The translations under genes were made by a program, and so were the position numbers. From a virus: DNA of 64,000 nucleotides. This document shows positions 9,384 to 19,246 of this stretch, piece by piece (positions within the stretch are counted from its first letter, which is position 1; each line of letters starts with the position of its first letter). The DNA is taken from positions 1-64,000 of IMG/VR virus record IMGVR_UViG_3300010399_000035; one strand, written 5' to 3'. Under the pieces are notes generated by a model that did no database searches, was not told where the DNA came from, and saw only the letters and a program-made list of their open reading frames with translations.

Positions 9384-12050
9384 ATGACTGCTACCGCTTC
9401 GCTATACGAACCAACCGACTTGGCGCTGAAGGAATACGGCTTCGGTGGCAGTGCCACCTACGGAGGCCAATCAGCTTCCGACAAAGCTGCACGGAGTGAA
9501 TTTATGAAAACTGCCGCCGATGTCCTTATTAGCTACGGATCCGAACTCAAAGCCGAAGGAACTGACGCCAATGGCGACTTCCACTTCGGCGGCTACTTGG
9601 TGCTGTTCGATAGCCACGATGTCTCGCGTCAGCGGGATAAGTATCTGAAGTCTACCGATTACGACTTCGAGGATGGGGACAAGACCACCATCTATTTCCA
9701 TCACGGATTGGACGAGACCCTCAAGGCCACCAAGCTAGGCACCGGCAAGTTGTACATGAAGGATGCTGGCGTGTGGATGGATGGAATCATCAAGGCCCGC
9801 ACGGACTACCTCGCGAAGCACGTAGACAAGATCAAGGACGGGATTAAAGGCGGGGTATTTGGGCTGAGTAGCGGCGTCCCCGCTCATCTAGTGGAGCGTA
9901 AGGCCGTCCCCGCTGGCCACGAAGTGCTGACCTGGCCTCTAGGCAAGGATGCTTCCATTACGCACATCCCCGCCGAGCCCAAAACGATGTGCTTTTCGCT
10001 CAAATCACTTATGGAAGAGGAGAGCGGAGAAGCTCTCCCAGAAGATGGCCCATTTTCTGGAGCGGATGACCTCGAACTGAAATACTCCGACGATGAAGAG
10101 AGGGATGATCATGGTCGGTGGACTTCAGGTAGCGATGAGGCCGACCAAGTACATGGTGCTACCAGCGAGGCTCGTTCAGCTACTCAAGCTGCGATAGGGT
10201 CGACCTCCGCTATTAAGGCGTCGGCAGGACGTGCGGCTACGCAATCTATGTCTGCATTAGGTGCGACTACCTCTGGCGAGGCCGAAGAAGCCCACAATAA
10301 GGCTGCTCGCTATCATTTATCCACGGCAGCCATGCATACGGAGCATGCCAAAGCGCTAAATGCTTCTGGTTCCGCAGACTCTGCGAAAGAAGCCCAGGAG
10401 CATACAGCTGCAGCTACTTTACACACAACAGCAGCTACTATGCATCGAGCCATGGCTCGTAAGGCTGGGCAGAACGCATTCAGTAATATTAACCTGGCGG
10501 AAGATGTGGTGGGCCGAGCCTTAAGAGGCAACTACGGCTTGTCTACCAAGACTGATGCGGTTAAGTCAGCCCATCGACTGATGCGAGGAGCTCAGATTAT
10601 AGTTCCTGAATCCCATCCCGCTAGACCTCACATAGACGACGCCAAGGAGTCTCTAGAGAAAGCTGTTCACTCAAACGGAGAGCGGAGGGACGCTCATTTG
10701 AGGGAAGCCAAGCAGCACATCGCCAAGGCGTACGAAAAAGGTGTGGCTGCCCCATTCAATAGATATGTTGATCCGGCGTCGGGAGTAGCTAAGAAGGATG
10801 ATGGGTCAGATGACCTCGAACTGAAGTACTCCGATGACCAGGAACGCGACGATCGTGGCCGCTGGACAGCTGGTGGGGCGAGCGATGCAAAGGACGCATC
10901 TGACAGCGCTCACGAAGCTTCGACGGGAGCCCAAGGCCCACTTTCGTCCAAGGCGTGGCATAGCTCCGATAAGGCGAAGACCTTCGCTGCCATGGCAGGT
11001 AAAGCAACCTCAGATAACAGTCGCGAAGCTTACCATGGCAATGCAGCAGCCTATCACGAAGAAGCTAGCAAGACGCATAGCGACGCTGCAGTTCGCGCTG
11101 GAGCTCAAGGCGACCATGAAAGCCAGACTGCCCACTCGGACGCCGCTGCTAAGCACACCACCGCAGCCGCAATGCACCGTGGTATGGCGAAGGCGGCTGC
11201 CGTGAGCCAAAGCTACGAGGTAAACCCTCATAGTTTGGTTAATAACACGGCAGAGCAGCTATCCTCCGTTCACGCAGGTAGGGAGACAATCCATTCGTTT
11301 GCCCAGAGGTTGAAGCAGTCTCATGATAGACTCTCGCAAGCCGTTGATCATGTCAGTACCGACCATCCAGCATATGCACACTTAGTGATGGCTAAGGAGT
11401 CTACGAACAAGGCTCTCCACTCCCGAGGGGACACTCGGAAGCAGCACGTGGCAGAAGCTATGAACCATGTGCGGAATGCTCAGATGAGTGGTATCGGTCG
11501 AGCAGCCAAATCAGAGGACGACGACAACGAAGGTGCATTCAAGTCCGAAAGCATAATTACTCCTGACGTTATACAGGTTCTGGCGGATGGTCGGCATGTA
11601 GGCCTCCGCTTCCAGGACCACCCAAAAGTGGTGCTTGCAGCCATGAAGGGATTCGTACATCGCTTGTTCGATTGGCACGTGGATCGAACTGCGAGTCGTA
11701 AGTCGGGTCAGGTATACTCCGGTGATAACTGGGATATGCACGACACCATTTGCAACGGAATGGCGCAGATGGTGCAGCAGTACCGTAATCACCTGGACGA
11801 CAACTGCCCGCCTGGACGTAAACCGTGCAAGGTCCCTGTAGTGCAACTAGGTACCGCAGCCCCACTGTCGTGGTCGGAATCGGGTGGAGCGTTAGGTACC
11901 GACCAATTCAAGGCTGATGCAGCCGACGCCAGCGCCGACGCGCTGGAACGGATGGAAGCTGAGTTGCTCGAACGTCAAGCCGCCTTCGCCCGCCTTCGGG
12001 CCGATGGGTTGCTGATCCAAGAGCGAATGGTTGCAGCTGCGGTTGACTAG
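9384..12050 (+). CDS. Prohead protease (HK97/assemblin fold) fused to two tagged Ala/His-rich modules
   Basis: GYLVLF, YFHHG, GLSSG, ASITHIPAEP protease motifs; two DDLELKYSDDxERDDxGRWT-headed modules of about 245 aa. Confidence 0.85.
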   Translation: MTATASLYEPTDLALKEYGFGGSATYGGQSASDKAARSEFMKTAADVLISYGSELKAEGTDANGDFHFGGYLVLFDSHDVSRQRDKYLKSTDYDFEDGDKTTIYFHHGLDETLKATKLGTGKLYMKDAGVWMDGIIKARTDYLAKHVDKIKDGIKGGVFGLSSGVPAHLVERKAVPAGHEVLTWPLGKDASITHIPAEPKTMCFSLKSLMEEESGEALPEDGPFSGADDLELKYSDDEERDDHGRWTSGSDEADQVHGATSEARSATQAAIGSTSAIKASAGRAATQSMSALGATTSGEAEEAHNKAARYHLSTAAMHTEHAKALNASGSADSAKEAQEHTAAATLHTTAATMHRAMARKAGQNAFSNINLAEDVVGRALRGNYGLSTKTDAVKSAHRLMRGAQIIVPESHPARPHIDDAKESLEKAVHSNGERRDAHLREAKQHIAKAYEKGVAAPFNRYVDPASGVAKKDDGSDDLELKYSDDQERDDRGRWTAGGASDAKDASDSAHEASTGAQGPLSSKAWHSSDKAKTFAAMAGKATSDNSREAYHGNAAAYHEEASKTHSDAAVRAGAQGDHESQTAHSDAAAKHTTAAAMHRGMAKAAAVSQSYEVNPHSLVNNTAEQLSSVHAGRETIHSFAQRLKQSHDRLSQAVDHVSTDHPAYAHLVMAKESTNKALHSRGDTRKQHVAEAMNHVRNAQMSGIGRAAKSEDDDNEGAFKSESIITPDVIQVLADGRHVGLRFQDHPKVVLAAMKGFVHRLFDWHVDRTASRKSGQVYSGDNWDMHDTICNGMAQMVQQYRNHLDDNCPPGRKPCKVPVVQLGTAAPLSWSESGGALGTDQFKADAADASADALERMEAELLERQAAFARLRADGLLIQERMVAAAVD
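10024..10060 (+). repeat. Dispersed motif copy with inverted half
   Basis: GCGGAGAAGCTCTCCCAGAAGATGGCCCATTTTCTGG. Confidence 0.9.
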
Positions 12051-12106
12051 TAGTTCAACGAACTAGTTCGTTGAACAGTAGCATAGTAAAGAGGAATGCA
12101 AGCACA

Positions 12107-13459
12107 ATGCCAACTTTAAAAGAGAAAAATGACCAACTCGCGAAGCTGCGAGCGGATCACCAGAAGCGGTTCGAGGCGTTCGACGCCGAAACCAACAGCG
12201 GACGCAAGTCTGCTATCCTGCAGGAAATCAACCGGGCTGAAGTGGACATCAAGTCCCTCAGCGACGAAGTGGCGCAGGAAGTCCAAGTCGTCGAAATGAA
12301 GCGGCGCAACGAGCAGGAGATGAAGGGTCTGCGGATTCCCGCTGGCGTCGGGGTGCCCTTCCCCGAGCGTGGCGGCAAGGACGGCGAGCTTCATGGCGAG
12401 CGCATGAGCGCCATCAAGTCCGTCGGTCAGTCCCTGATCGACGACAAGTCGGACATCATGCACAAGTTCCGCGAGTACAACGAGAAGTACGACGTGGTCT
12501 ACGAGTACCCGTTCCGCTCCGTGGGTGAATGGAAGGCTGCGATCCAGGCGGAAATGAAGACCACCCTCACTGAGAGCGGCTTCACCTCATACGATCGTCT
12601 GCCGAACATCATCACCCTCGGCGCTCAGGTGCCGATGGTCCGCGACTTGATCCCTCAGGGCCAGACCACCGCGATCACCATCCGCTACCCACGTGAAGTA
12701 TCGTTCACCAATGGTGCGACGAACGTCGCGGAAGGTGGCCAGAAGCCGGAAGCCGCATTCAACCTCGCTGAGGTGGATGCTCCCGTTCGGAAGATCGCCG
12801 TCGTGGCTCGTGTCACCGACGAAATGTTCGCTGACTTCCCGGCTGTCCGCGACTATATCAACATGCGGCTCCCCTTCATGGTGGAGCAGCAGGAAGATAA
12901 CCAGATCCTGAACGGCAACGGCACCAGCCCGAACCTGCAGGGCATTCTGGGCACCACTGGTGTGCTGTCCGGCGGCGCGTTGAACCAGTCGGCTGATCCG
13001 CAGAACGACCCGATCGTGAACGTGATCCTGCGTGCGATCACGCGCATCCAGGCTGAGTCCTTCTTCCAGCCTACGGGTATCGTGATCAACCCGTTCGACT
13101 GGGAGAACGTCCGCCTGATGCGTTCCGGAACCGGCGATGCTGCCGGTGGCGCGAACCGTGGGCTGTACCTGTTCGGTAACCCGGACGGTATGGGGATTGA
13201 CTCCATCTGGGGTCTGCCTGTGGTGAAGACCGTATACTGCCCTCGCGGTAAGGTACTGGTCGGCGCGTTCTCCTTGGGAGCACAGATCTTCCGTCGCGAA
13301 GGCATCACCATGCAGATGTCGAACTCCGATGGTAACGACTTCTCTTACAACCGCGTTGCTTTGCGGGTGGAAGAGCGTCTCGCTTTGGCTGTGTACCGCC
13401 CGAGCGCCTTCGGCGTCTGCACCCTGCATTCGAGCGGCGAAGCTTCCAGCAGCGCATAA
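12107..13459 (+). CDS. Major capsid protein, HK97 fold with delta domain
   Basis: VAEGGQKPE, EDNQILNGNG, LRVEERLALAVYRPSAF; AGAGGA RBS; strongly biased codon use. Confidence 0.95.
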   Translation: MPTLKEKNDQLAKLRADHQKRFEAFDAETNSGRKSAILQEINRAEVDIKSLSDEVAQEVQVVEMKRRNEQEMKGLRIPAGVGVPFPERGGKDGELHGERMSAIKSVGQSLIDDKSDIMHKFREYNEKYDVVYEYPFRSVGEWKAAIQAEMKTTLTESGFTSYDRLPNIITLGAQVPMVRDLIPQGQTTAITIRYPREVSFTNGATNVAEGGQKPEAAFNLAEVDAPVRKIAVVARVTDEMFADFPAVRDYINMRLPFMVEQQEDNQILNGNGTSPNLQGILGTTGVLSGGALNQSADPQNDPIVNVILRAITRIQAESFFQPTGIVINPFDWENVRLMRSGTGDAAGGANRGLYLFGNPDGMGIDSIWGLPVVKTVYCPRGKVLVGAFSLGAQIFRREGITMQMSNSDGNDFSYNRVALRVEERLALAVYRPSAFGVCTLHSSGEASSSA

Positions 13460-13490
13460 TCCCGGCACCCAACCGGTACTACTTTCTAGC

Positions 13491-13530
13491 CCTAGCCCAC
13501 TCCTCGATTCTCGGCGGGGAGTGGGCTAGG
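13491..13530 (+). terminator. GC-rich hairpin after capsid gene
   Basis: CCTAGCCCACTCCTCG / CGGGGAGTGGGCTAGG stem; weak U-tract. Confidence 0.6.
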
Positions 13531-13592
13531 TTCGTACCTACCACCTACGCCCAAACCCCGCCCCAACGACTATTGTTCACTATATCCTAGTC

Positions 13593-13621
13593 GCGGAGAG
13601 ATCTCTCCCAGAAGATGGCCC
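13593..13621 (+). repeat. Dispersed motif copy (intergenic)
   Basis: GCGGAGAGATCTCTCCCAGAAGATGGCCC. Confidence 0.95.
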
Positions 13622-13646
13622 TGAAAATCCGAGCAACCGAGAACCC

Positions 13647-14546
13647 ATGCAACGTAAGTATCTCCTGACTACCCAGAGCGATCCCAACGACAGGCTCCCT
13701 CGCTATCGCCCCACCATTGGGCAAGCAGCTATTTACGATAGTCATGATAGGGAAGTCAACTTCCGCGATATGTTCGTTGGGTACAGTTGCTTCCTGCTCT
13801 GCGGTGGCCCTTCGCTGGCCAGGACAGACCTCGATCCGCTCCGCGAACGTGGTATGCTAACGATGGCGGTGAACAATGCCGCTTCAGTATTCAAGCCAAA
13901 CTTATGGACGCACATGGACGCTCCTGGTCGGTTCTTGGAGAACAATTGGCTGGATGCTACGGTCATGAAGTTCTCCATGTTCTCCCACCATTGGGCGAAT
14001 ATTCGCCAGCGGGACAGAGAAACCGGAGAGCTCCTGCTAAGCGATCTGACCGTAGAGCAACTGCCGAACACGTGGTTCTACCACGCCGACGAATACTTCG
14101 ATCCTAATACCTACCTGACGAGCCATGCATTCTCTTGTGGGTGCAAGGATGGCGCTACGGATAGCTTGGGCAACGTAGGTTCAAGGTCCGTAATGCTAAT
14201 CGCCCTCAAGTTGCTCTATGTACTTGGTGTACGCACAGTATATCTCGTTGGGTGTGATTTCCGGATGCAGCATGCTACGGACGGCCATACAGCCCAGAAT
14301 TACGCCTTCCCGCAGAACCGCGCCCCAAGCACAATCGACGCCAACAATCGGGCTTACAGCACGCTTAACAGCCGCCTGAGTGCACTGCGGCCGAAGTTCG
14401 AGGATGTGGGCTACAATGTCTTCAACTGCACTCCCAATAGTGGACTGGAGGCGTTCGATAGGGTGCCGTATGAAGTGGCCGTGAAGAGCGCAAGCAAGGT
14501 CTGCAATGAACTGCCGATCATCACAGAGGGGTACTACGATACTTGA
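13647..14546 (+). CDS. Glycosyltransferase-like protein (Maf/DUF115, sialyltransferase-like fold)
   Basis: LCGGPSL, AVNNA, VYLVGCDF, VFNCT motifs. Confidence 0.6.
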   Translation: MQRKYLLTTQSDPNDRLPRYRPTIGQAAIYDSHDREVNFRDMFVGYSCFLLCGGPSLARTDLDPLRERGMLTMAVNNAASVFKPNLWTHMDAPGRFLENNWLDATVMKFSMFSHHWANIRQRDRETGELLLSDLTVEQLPNTWFYHADEYFDPNTYLTSHAFSCGCKDGATDSLGNVGSRSVMLIALKLLYVLGVRTVYLVGCDFRMQHATDGHTAQNYAFPQNRAPSTIDANNRAYSTLNSRLSALRPKFEDVGYNVFNCTPNSGLEAFDRVPYEVAVKSASKVCNELPIITEGYYDT

Positions 14547-15162
14547 ACCCACCTCAACTACTCCACCTACCCCAGCTATAGGTCCACAACCCGAATGCTC
14601 CCCGCCTACCCGCCTTTGCCCTCACCCAGAAAACTGGCGCATGTACGATGGCGAGACAGCGGAGCTCGAAGTGCTCGCTTTTCTGGGCAGCATGGTTCGG
14701 CTACTGAAGCCGTCTATCGTAGTGGAGACTGGTTCGGCCTACGGGTACAGTGCCCTCAACATGGGTCAAGTTCTCCGTTTAAATGCAGACCGCTATAATT
14801 CGCCCGGACACCTGTTTTCATACGAGGCCGATCCGGTCCGAGCCCGCGAAGCAATGGGGCGGTGCGAAGGACTTCCGGTGAGCATTCTGAACTGCCATAC
14901 GTTGGAACCGGAACCAATCACGTGGGGCGTGGGGCCGATTGACCTACTCTATTTGGATAGCGACTTAGGCGCTAGGGTGCGGGAACTCAAACTCTTCCGC
15001 GAGAACCTATCTCCACGACACGTGATCCTGCTGCACGATACTGGCGAGACGCATGCTAGTCCACGACAGCAGTTAGAGGAGTATCGGGCAGAGCACCAGT
15101 TGCAGGTAGTAAACTTGGCTACTCCGCGTGGGTTGTCGATACTACAGTTCCCCAAACTATAG
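14506..15162 (+). CDS. Class I SAM-dependent methyltransferase (Methyltransf_24-like)
   Basis: VVETGSAYGYS motif I, IDLLYLDS, ILLHDT. Confidence 0.8.
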   Translation: MNCRSSQRGTTILEPTSTTPPTPAIGPQPECSPPTRLCPHPENWRMYDGETAELEVLAFLGSMVRLLKPSIVVETGSAYGYSALNMGQVLRLNADRYNSPGHLFSYEADPVRAREAMGRCEGLPVSILNCHTLEPEPITWGVGPIDLLYLDSDLGARVRELKLFRENLSPRHVILLHDTGETHASPRQQLEEYRAEHQLQVVNLATPRGLSILQFPKL

Positions 15163-15164
15163 CC

Positions 15165-15761
15165 ATGGAAACTAAGTGCTTCTTTCTCACTCCAACCCAC
15201 CGAGCAATCCTCGAGTTGCGAAGGTATTCCAGCACCAAGTGCCCAACCCCACATGGATACCACAACGCCACCACGAACTTAGGCGAAGTCTCCACCGACT
15301 ACAGCGGAGAGGCTCCTCCCAGAGAATACCCAAAATGGCCTAGGGCGTGCGAATGTGGGTACGTCTTCTTAGACACTGACCAGTGGCAGCAGAATAAGCA
15401 TACACTGTACGAACGTTCGGATGGTGGAGCGCCCACTACTCTGGGAGAGGCTCCGCCTGGGGCGATGTGGTATGCGGATTGGCTCCTGATTAGAGATCCC
15501 GCTCCAGGGCTGGAGAACTACAATCGCGGCCCGGATGGGCATTGCTTGATGGTTCGCTGTCCGGACGGCCACGACTGGTGTGTAGATGGACAGTGCAATA
15601 ACTGCACTATGCCAACGGACTACGTTCACAAGTGCTGGGTTCGCCACGGCACACCACCGGATATCACCGTGGACAAGAATGGCAATACTTGTGCTGCTGG
15701 AGCGGGTAGCATACAGACTAGATCGTGGCATGGATTTCTGCGGAATGGGGTGCTCGCTTGA
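15165..15761 (+). CDS. Cys/His-rich hypothetical protein (DUF6527-like C-terminus)
   Basis: CECG, VRCPDG..W, SIQ..WHGFLRNG. Confidence 0.5.
   Translation: METKCFFLTPTHRAILELRRYSSTKCPTPHGYHNATTNLGEVSTDYSGEAPPREYPKWPRACECGYVFLDTDQWQQNKHTLYERSDGGAPTTLGEAPPGAMWYADWLLIRDPAPGLENYNRGPDGHCLMVRCPDGHDWCVDGQCNNCTMPTDYVHKCWVRHGTPPDITVDKNGNTCAAGAGSIQTRSWHGFLRNGVLA
15304..15456. repeat. Two convergent motif copies (15304-15331 +, 15431-15456 -)
   Basis: GCGGAGAGGCTCCTCCCAGAG; rc GCGGAGCCTCTCCCAGAGTAGTGGGC. Confidence 0.7.
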
Positions 15762-16579
15762 AGCTTGCAGCGATATACAACTGTTGGGACGGCGAGGAAT
15801 TGTTAGAAGCCTCCATCCGGCAAATTCGCGCTCACACGGAAATCATCTTGGTTGTCTATCAAGAGCAGTCCAACTTCGAAGAGCCATACTCTCCGCTGCC
15901 AACGATTGAACGGCTCCAGTCTATAGGTCTGGTAGACTGTGCAATTCCCTTCCTACCAACCTTCAACATAGGCAGGGGTGGGGGTACGGTGAACGAAACT
16001 GTCAAACGGAACCTTGGCTTAGCGCAAGCCCGAGAACTGAATGCCACTCACTTCCTCCATATAGACTGTGATGAATTCTATGATACTGATCAATTCCGTC
16101 GTGCCAAAGCAACCCTGGAGCGTGGTTGGTTCGAGAGTTCAGCCTGCCATCTACAGACCTATTATCGCCGCCCACAGTACCAGTTATCCCCTCCAGAAGA
16201 ATACGGCGTTCCATTTATCCATAAGTTATATCCAGGTACCCACTGCGGACATCAGACGGGCGCAACCAGATACCCGGTTGAATGCGACCCGACCCGCTCA
16301 GTCTCGCACACTGAGGAGAACGGCAACGTAGGCAACTTCAAGCTTTTCAGTCGCGACGAGCTAGAAATGCACCATATGTCTTTCGTGCGTAAGAATACTG
16401 AATCCTTTAAGCGTAAATTACGTAATCATAGTAGTTGGTGGAAGCTAACCGAGAACCTGGAACAGGACGCTACGATGTTCGAGCAGTATGAGCCTGGACA
16501 ACCTCTGGTATGGTTCAAAGGCCATTCGCTGCTTAGCGTCCCGGACCAGTTTGGAATAGAGGGGATTTGTGAACAGTAA
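15725..16579 (+). CDS. GT-A fold glycosyltransferase
   Basis: ETVKRNLGL, HIDCDEFY (DxD), MHHMSFVR. Confidence 0.75.
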   Translation: MAWISAEWGARLKLAAIYNCWDGEELLEASIRQIRAHTEIILVVYQEQSNFEEPYSPLPTIERLQSIGLVDCAIPFLPTFNIGRGGGTVNETVKRNLGLAQARELNATHFLHIDCDEFYDTDQFRRAKATLERGWFESSACHLQTYYRRPQYQLSPPEEYGVPFIHKLYPGTHCGHQTGATRYPVECDPTRSVSHTEENGNVGNFKLFSRDELEMHHMSFVRKNTESFKRKLRNHSSWWKLTENLEQDATMFEQYEPGQPLVWFKGHSLLSVPDQFGIEGICEQ

Positions 16580-17837
16580 TACCGTACGTGTCAGACAAGT
16601 AGTACCACCAGCTGATCCAACACAGCAGGCCCAAACAGCTACAGGATTGGTGCGCACTCCGACACAGCAGCCAACCAAACCGACCAACTCTACTCCAACT
16701 CCACTCGCATCTAGCGCTAGGCCGCTCGTCACCGTCATTACAGCAACTCGCAACCGACCCGAGGCGTTCGAACTACTCGAAATCTGGATGGGAATGCAGA
16801 CCTATATCCAAGAGGAAATGGGGCCGCTAGAGTGGATCATCGTAAATGACGGCAAGTGGCAATACCCAAGCTCTACTCCACTAGCCGAGTTCCCACTTTG
16901 CTCTGCCCAGAAAATCGCGCGAACTCACGATTCGATGTCCGGCCATTCGATGTGCGGCAATCTTCTGGCCGCGATGGATGCATCCCATGGAGAAATCTTC
17001 GTGATAGCCGAGGACGATGATTACTTGGCTCCAGAATACATAGAGCGATTGGTACGGGCGCTGAACGAAACCTGGAACGATGAACAAGGAATGCGGACCG
17101 TTCAACTAGCCGGTTCCGCTCCGGCACTCTACTATAACCTCTACCTTCGTAAGTGGCGGGATATTCTGAACGAAGACCACTGCTCCCTAGGCCAGACTGG
17201 ATTCCGTAGTTCCGTGCTCCCACTGATGCGCGAGATTTGCACGCGTGGCAACCCGCTAGTGGACTTAGCAATCTGGGCAGAGTATGAGGGCCCCAAGGAG
17301 ATCTACCCTAACGACAACCTCCATGTCTCGATGAAGGGACTTCCTGGAGAACCAGGCATTGGGGCGGGGCATGGCGCGTGGCGTGGGTTCAGTAAGGACA
17401 CGCCCCGATTCGACAAACTCGAAGAGTGGATTGGGGATGATGCCGACCTTTATCGAGACTTATACAACCGTATGCTGTTCCGCAACGGTGTACAGTATTG
17501 GGTGGCCGACCAGGAGTACTGCTATAACCGCGATGAGACGAAGATAGTTTCCTCCCGCCATCGAGATGCTCACCACCTACTGGTGGCCGCAGGCGTAGAG
17601 CTGCCCCTCGCGGACGCCCAACGGATAGGCGTAGTCTCTCCAGAGAATTGGGCTCCATCGAAGAAGCCACCCATCCAGTTAGAACCGCGTAAGGAAGACG
17701 TGGAAATGGAGATGCGGCAGCAGTTTGCTGCTCGCCCATCCGTAATTAACACGATTGAGCGTGGTCCCATCGACCTTCGCACCGGACTTCCGCCAGGGCA
17801 AATCGCTCCGCTACCAACTGAAGATACCGACAGCTAA
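16569..17837 (+). CDS. GT2-family glycosyltransferase with C-terminal extension
   Basis: VTVITATRNRP, WIIVNDG, IAEDDDY. Confidence 0.8.
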   Translation: MNSNTVRVRQVVPPADPTQQAQTATGLVRTPTQQPTKPTNSTPTPLASSARPLVTVITATRNRPEAFELLEIWMGMQTYIQEEMGPLEWIIVNDGKWQYPSSTPLAEFPLCSAQKIARTHDSMSGHSMCGNLLAAMDASHGEIFVIAEDDDYLAPEYIERLVRALNETWNDEQGMRTVQLAGSAPALYYNLYLRKWRDILNEDHCSLGQTGFRSSVLPLMREICTRGNPLVDLAIWAEYEGPKEIYPNDNLHVSMKGLPGEPGIGAGHGAWRGFSKDTPRFDKLEEWIGDDADLYRDLYNRMLFRNGVQYWVADQEYCYNRDETKIVSSRHRDAHHLLVAAGVELPLADAQRIGVVSPENWAPSKKPPIQLEPRKEDVEMEMRQQFAARPSVINTIERGPIDLRTGLPPGQIAPLPTEDTDS

Positions 17838-17842
17838 AGCTA

Positions 17843-18532
17843 ATGGCAGATCCAGACTACACCCAATACCCCCAACCTACCGACATCCAGCAGTTGCTTG
17901 CGCTCACCAACCTATGGCCATCGCAGCCCACGGATGGAGCCAAGCAATCAGCACTGCTGGCGGAGTTCCAGATTCAACTGAACTCTGTGAAGCGGACCAT
18001 TGCGGAGAAGACAGGCTGGAAGCCATTCCTAGCGGACCCAACCCCATCTACTAGAACCTTCGACGCTTCCGATGGGTTCGGGTTTCTAGACCTCACGCCA
18101 GCGGAGACCGGCATAGTAGACGCGGCGAATAACCCTCCCACCATCATCATAGATGGTCGAACGCTAGTATTGAATACTGACTTCTTCTTGCAGACCAGCG
18201 ACGACGCAGCGGAGCTATGGCCGTACGATGGCATCCAGTTTGTCTCCGCGCCCTATGCAGGGCAGGTATTCGCCCTACCCAACAAGATTGCCATCACCGC
18301 CAGATTTGGATTCTGTAGCTCTCTCCCAGAAAATCTGTGGAGCGCCATTCGCGGCGAAGTCGCCGCAAAGACACTGAACATCATGGGCCTGACCTCCTTC
18401 CAGACAACGGTGCGTTCCCGGTCGCAAGAAGGCTTCTCCGAAACCTATGACTTTGGACCACTGATTGCGGATCGAATCAAGAGTTGGAGCGACGACTTCA
18501 AGGTAGCATACAGTCCGTACATACGACCATAG
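17843..18532 (+). CDS. Head-tail connector/adaptor (gp6-like)
   Basis: Position; ITARFGF..LP..L and SETY motifs typical of adaptors. Confidence 0.6.
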   Translation: MADPDYTQYPQPTDIQQLLALTNLWPSQPTDGAKQSALLAEFQIQLNSVKRTIAEKTGWKPFLADPTPSTRTFDASDGFGFLDLTPAETGIVDAANNPPTIIIDGRTLVLNTDFFLQTSDDAAELWPYDGIQFVSAPYAGQVFALPNKIAITARFGFCSSLPENLWSAIRGEVAAKTLNIMGLTSFQTTVRSRSQEGFSETYDFGPLIADRIKSWSDDFKVAYSPYIRP

Positions 18533-18536
18533 ACCA

Positions 18537-19208
18537 ATGCCTTCCTACTTAGCCCGAGGTTTCCTCAACCAACTCGCTAATGGCGATCCGTATCGCCTCT
18601 GGCAGGCTATCACCGTGGGTGCGGAGAACCCCAGCACCGGCTACCGCGCCCCAGTCAAGGCGACTGGGCAAGCCAAGGATGGCAGAGTTTACGTCGAGGT
18701 GCCGTTGCCCTCAACGGCGCGTGCGCTGAAGATTCGGAGCTCTATCGACATCGATTACAGTGCCCAAGGAATGGGCTTCTATCCGAAAGGTTCGCTAGCG
18801 GTACGGCTGGATCCCAACATTGCCTGGCCTGCCCATATGGATCGAATTACCTTGACGACTAGGTATCGATCAGCACGGATCAATGGGATTAACCGAACTG
18901 CTGGCAATAGTACGGACAAGTTGAAGCATCCGTTCATTAGTCAGATTCAACAGGTTCGCCAGTTCGATCAGATTTACGTGTTGGGGACGGACTACCAACT
19001 GGTACCCAATACTGACGTAAACGCGCCGTTCGCTTTCGATAGTATAAATTGGATAGGTAGCAAACCTGCCGACAACACATCCTACGGTATTAGCTACTTG
19101 TGGACGCCATATTACAACTTCCTATCTACGCCAGACAGCGAACCGATGCTTGGACTGGATAATCTGTGGCTGCCCATCACTGGTGTGTTGGATCAAGTGC
19201 TGACGTAG
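18537..19208 (+). CDS. Neck/head-closure protein
   Basis: Position; YVLGTDYQL..INW..P...YGISY beta motif. Confidence 0.5.
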   Translation: MPSYLARGFLNQLANGDPYRLWQAITVGAENPSTGYRAPVKATGQAKDGRVYVEVPLPSTARALKIRSSIDIDYSAQGMGFYPKGSLAVRLDPNIAWPAHMDRITLTTRYRSARINGINRTAGNSTDKLKHPFISQIQQVRQFDQIYVLGTDYQLVPNTDVNAPFAFDSINWIGSKPADNTSYGISYLWTPYYNFLSTPDSEPMLGLDNLWLPITGVLDQVLT

Positions 19209-19246
19209 TTTTCTATTTTTAGCGCCGTTTTTCTGGAGAGGACCTA

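Noticed and set aside
12587-13468. 293-aa antisense ORF (and similar ones at 28098-29009, 42521-43351, 45807-46574)
   Set aside because: Shadow ORFs produced by codon bias of well-supported genes on the opposite strand
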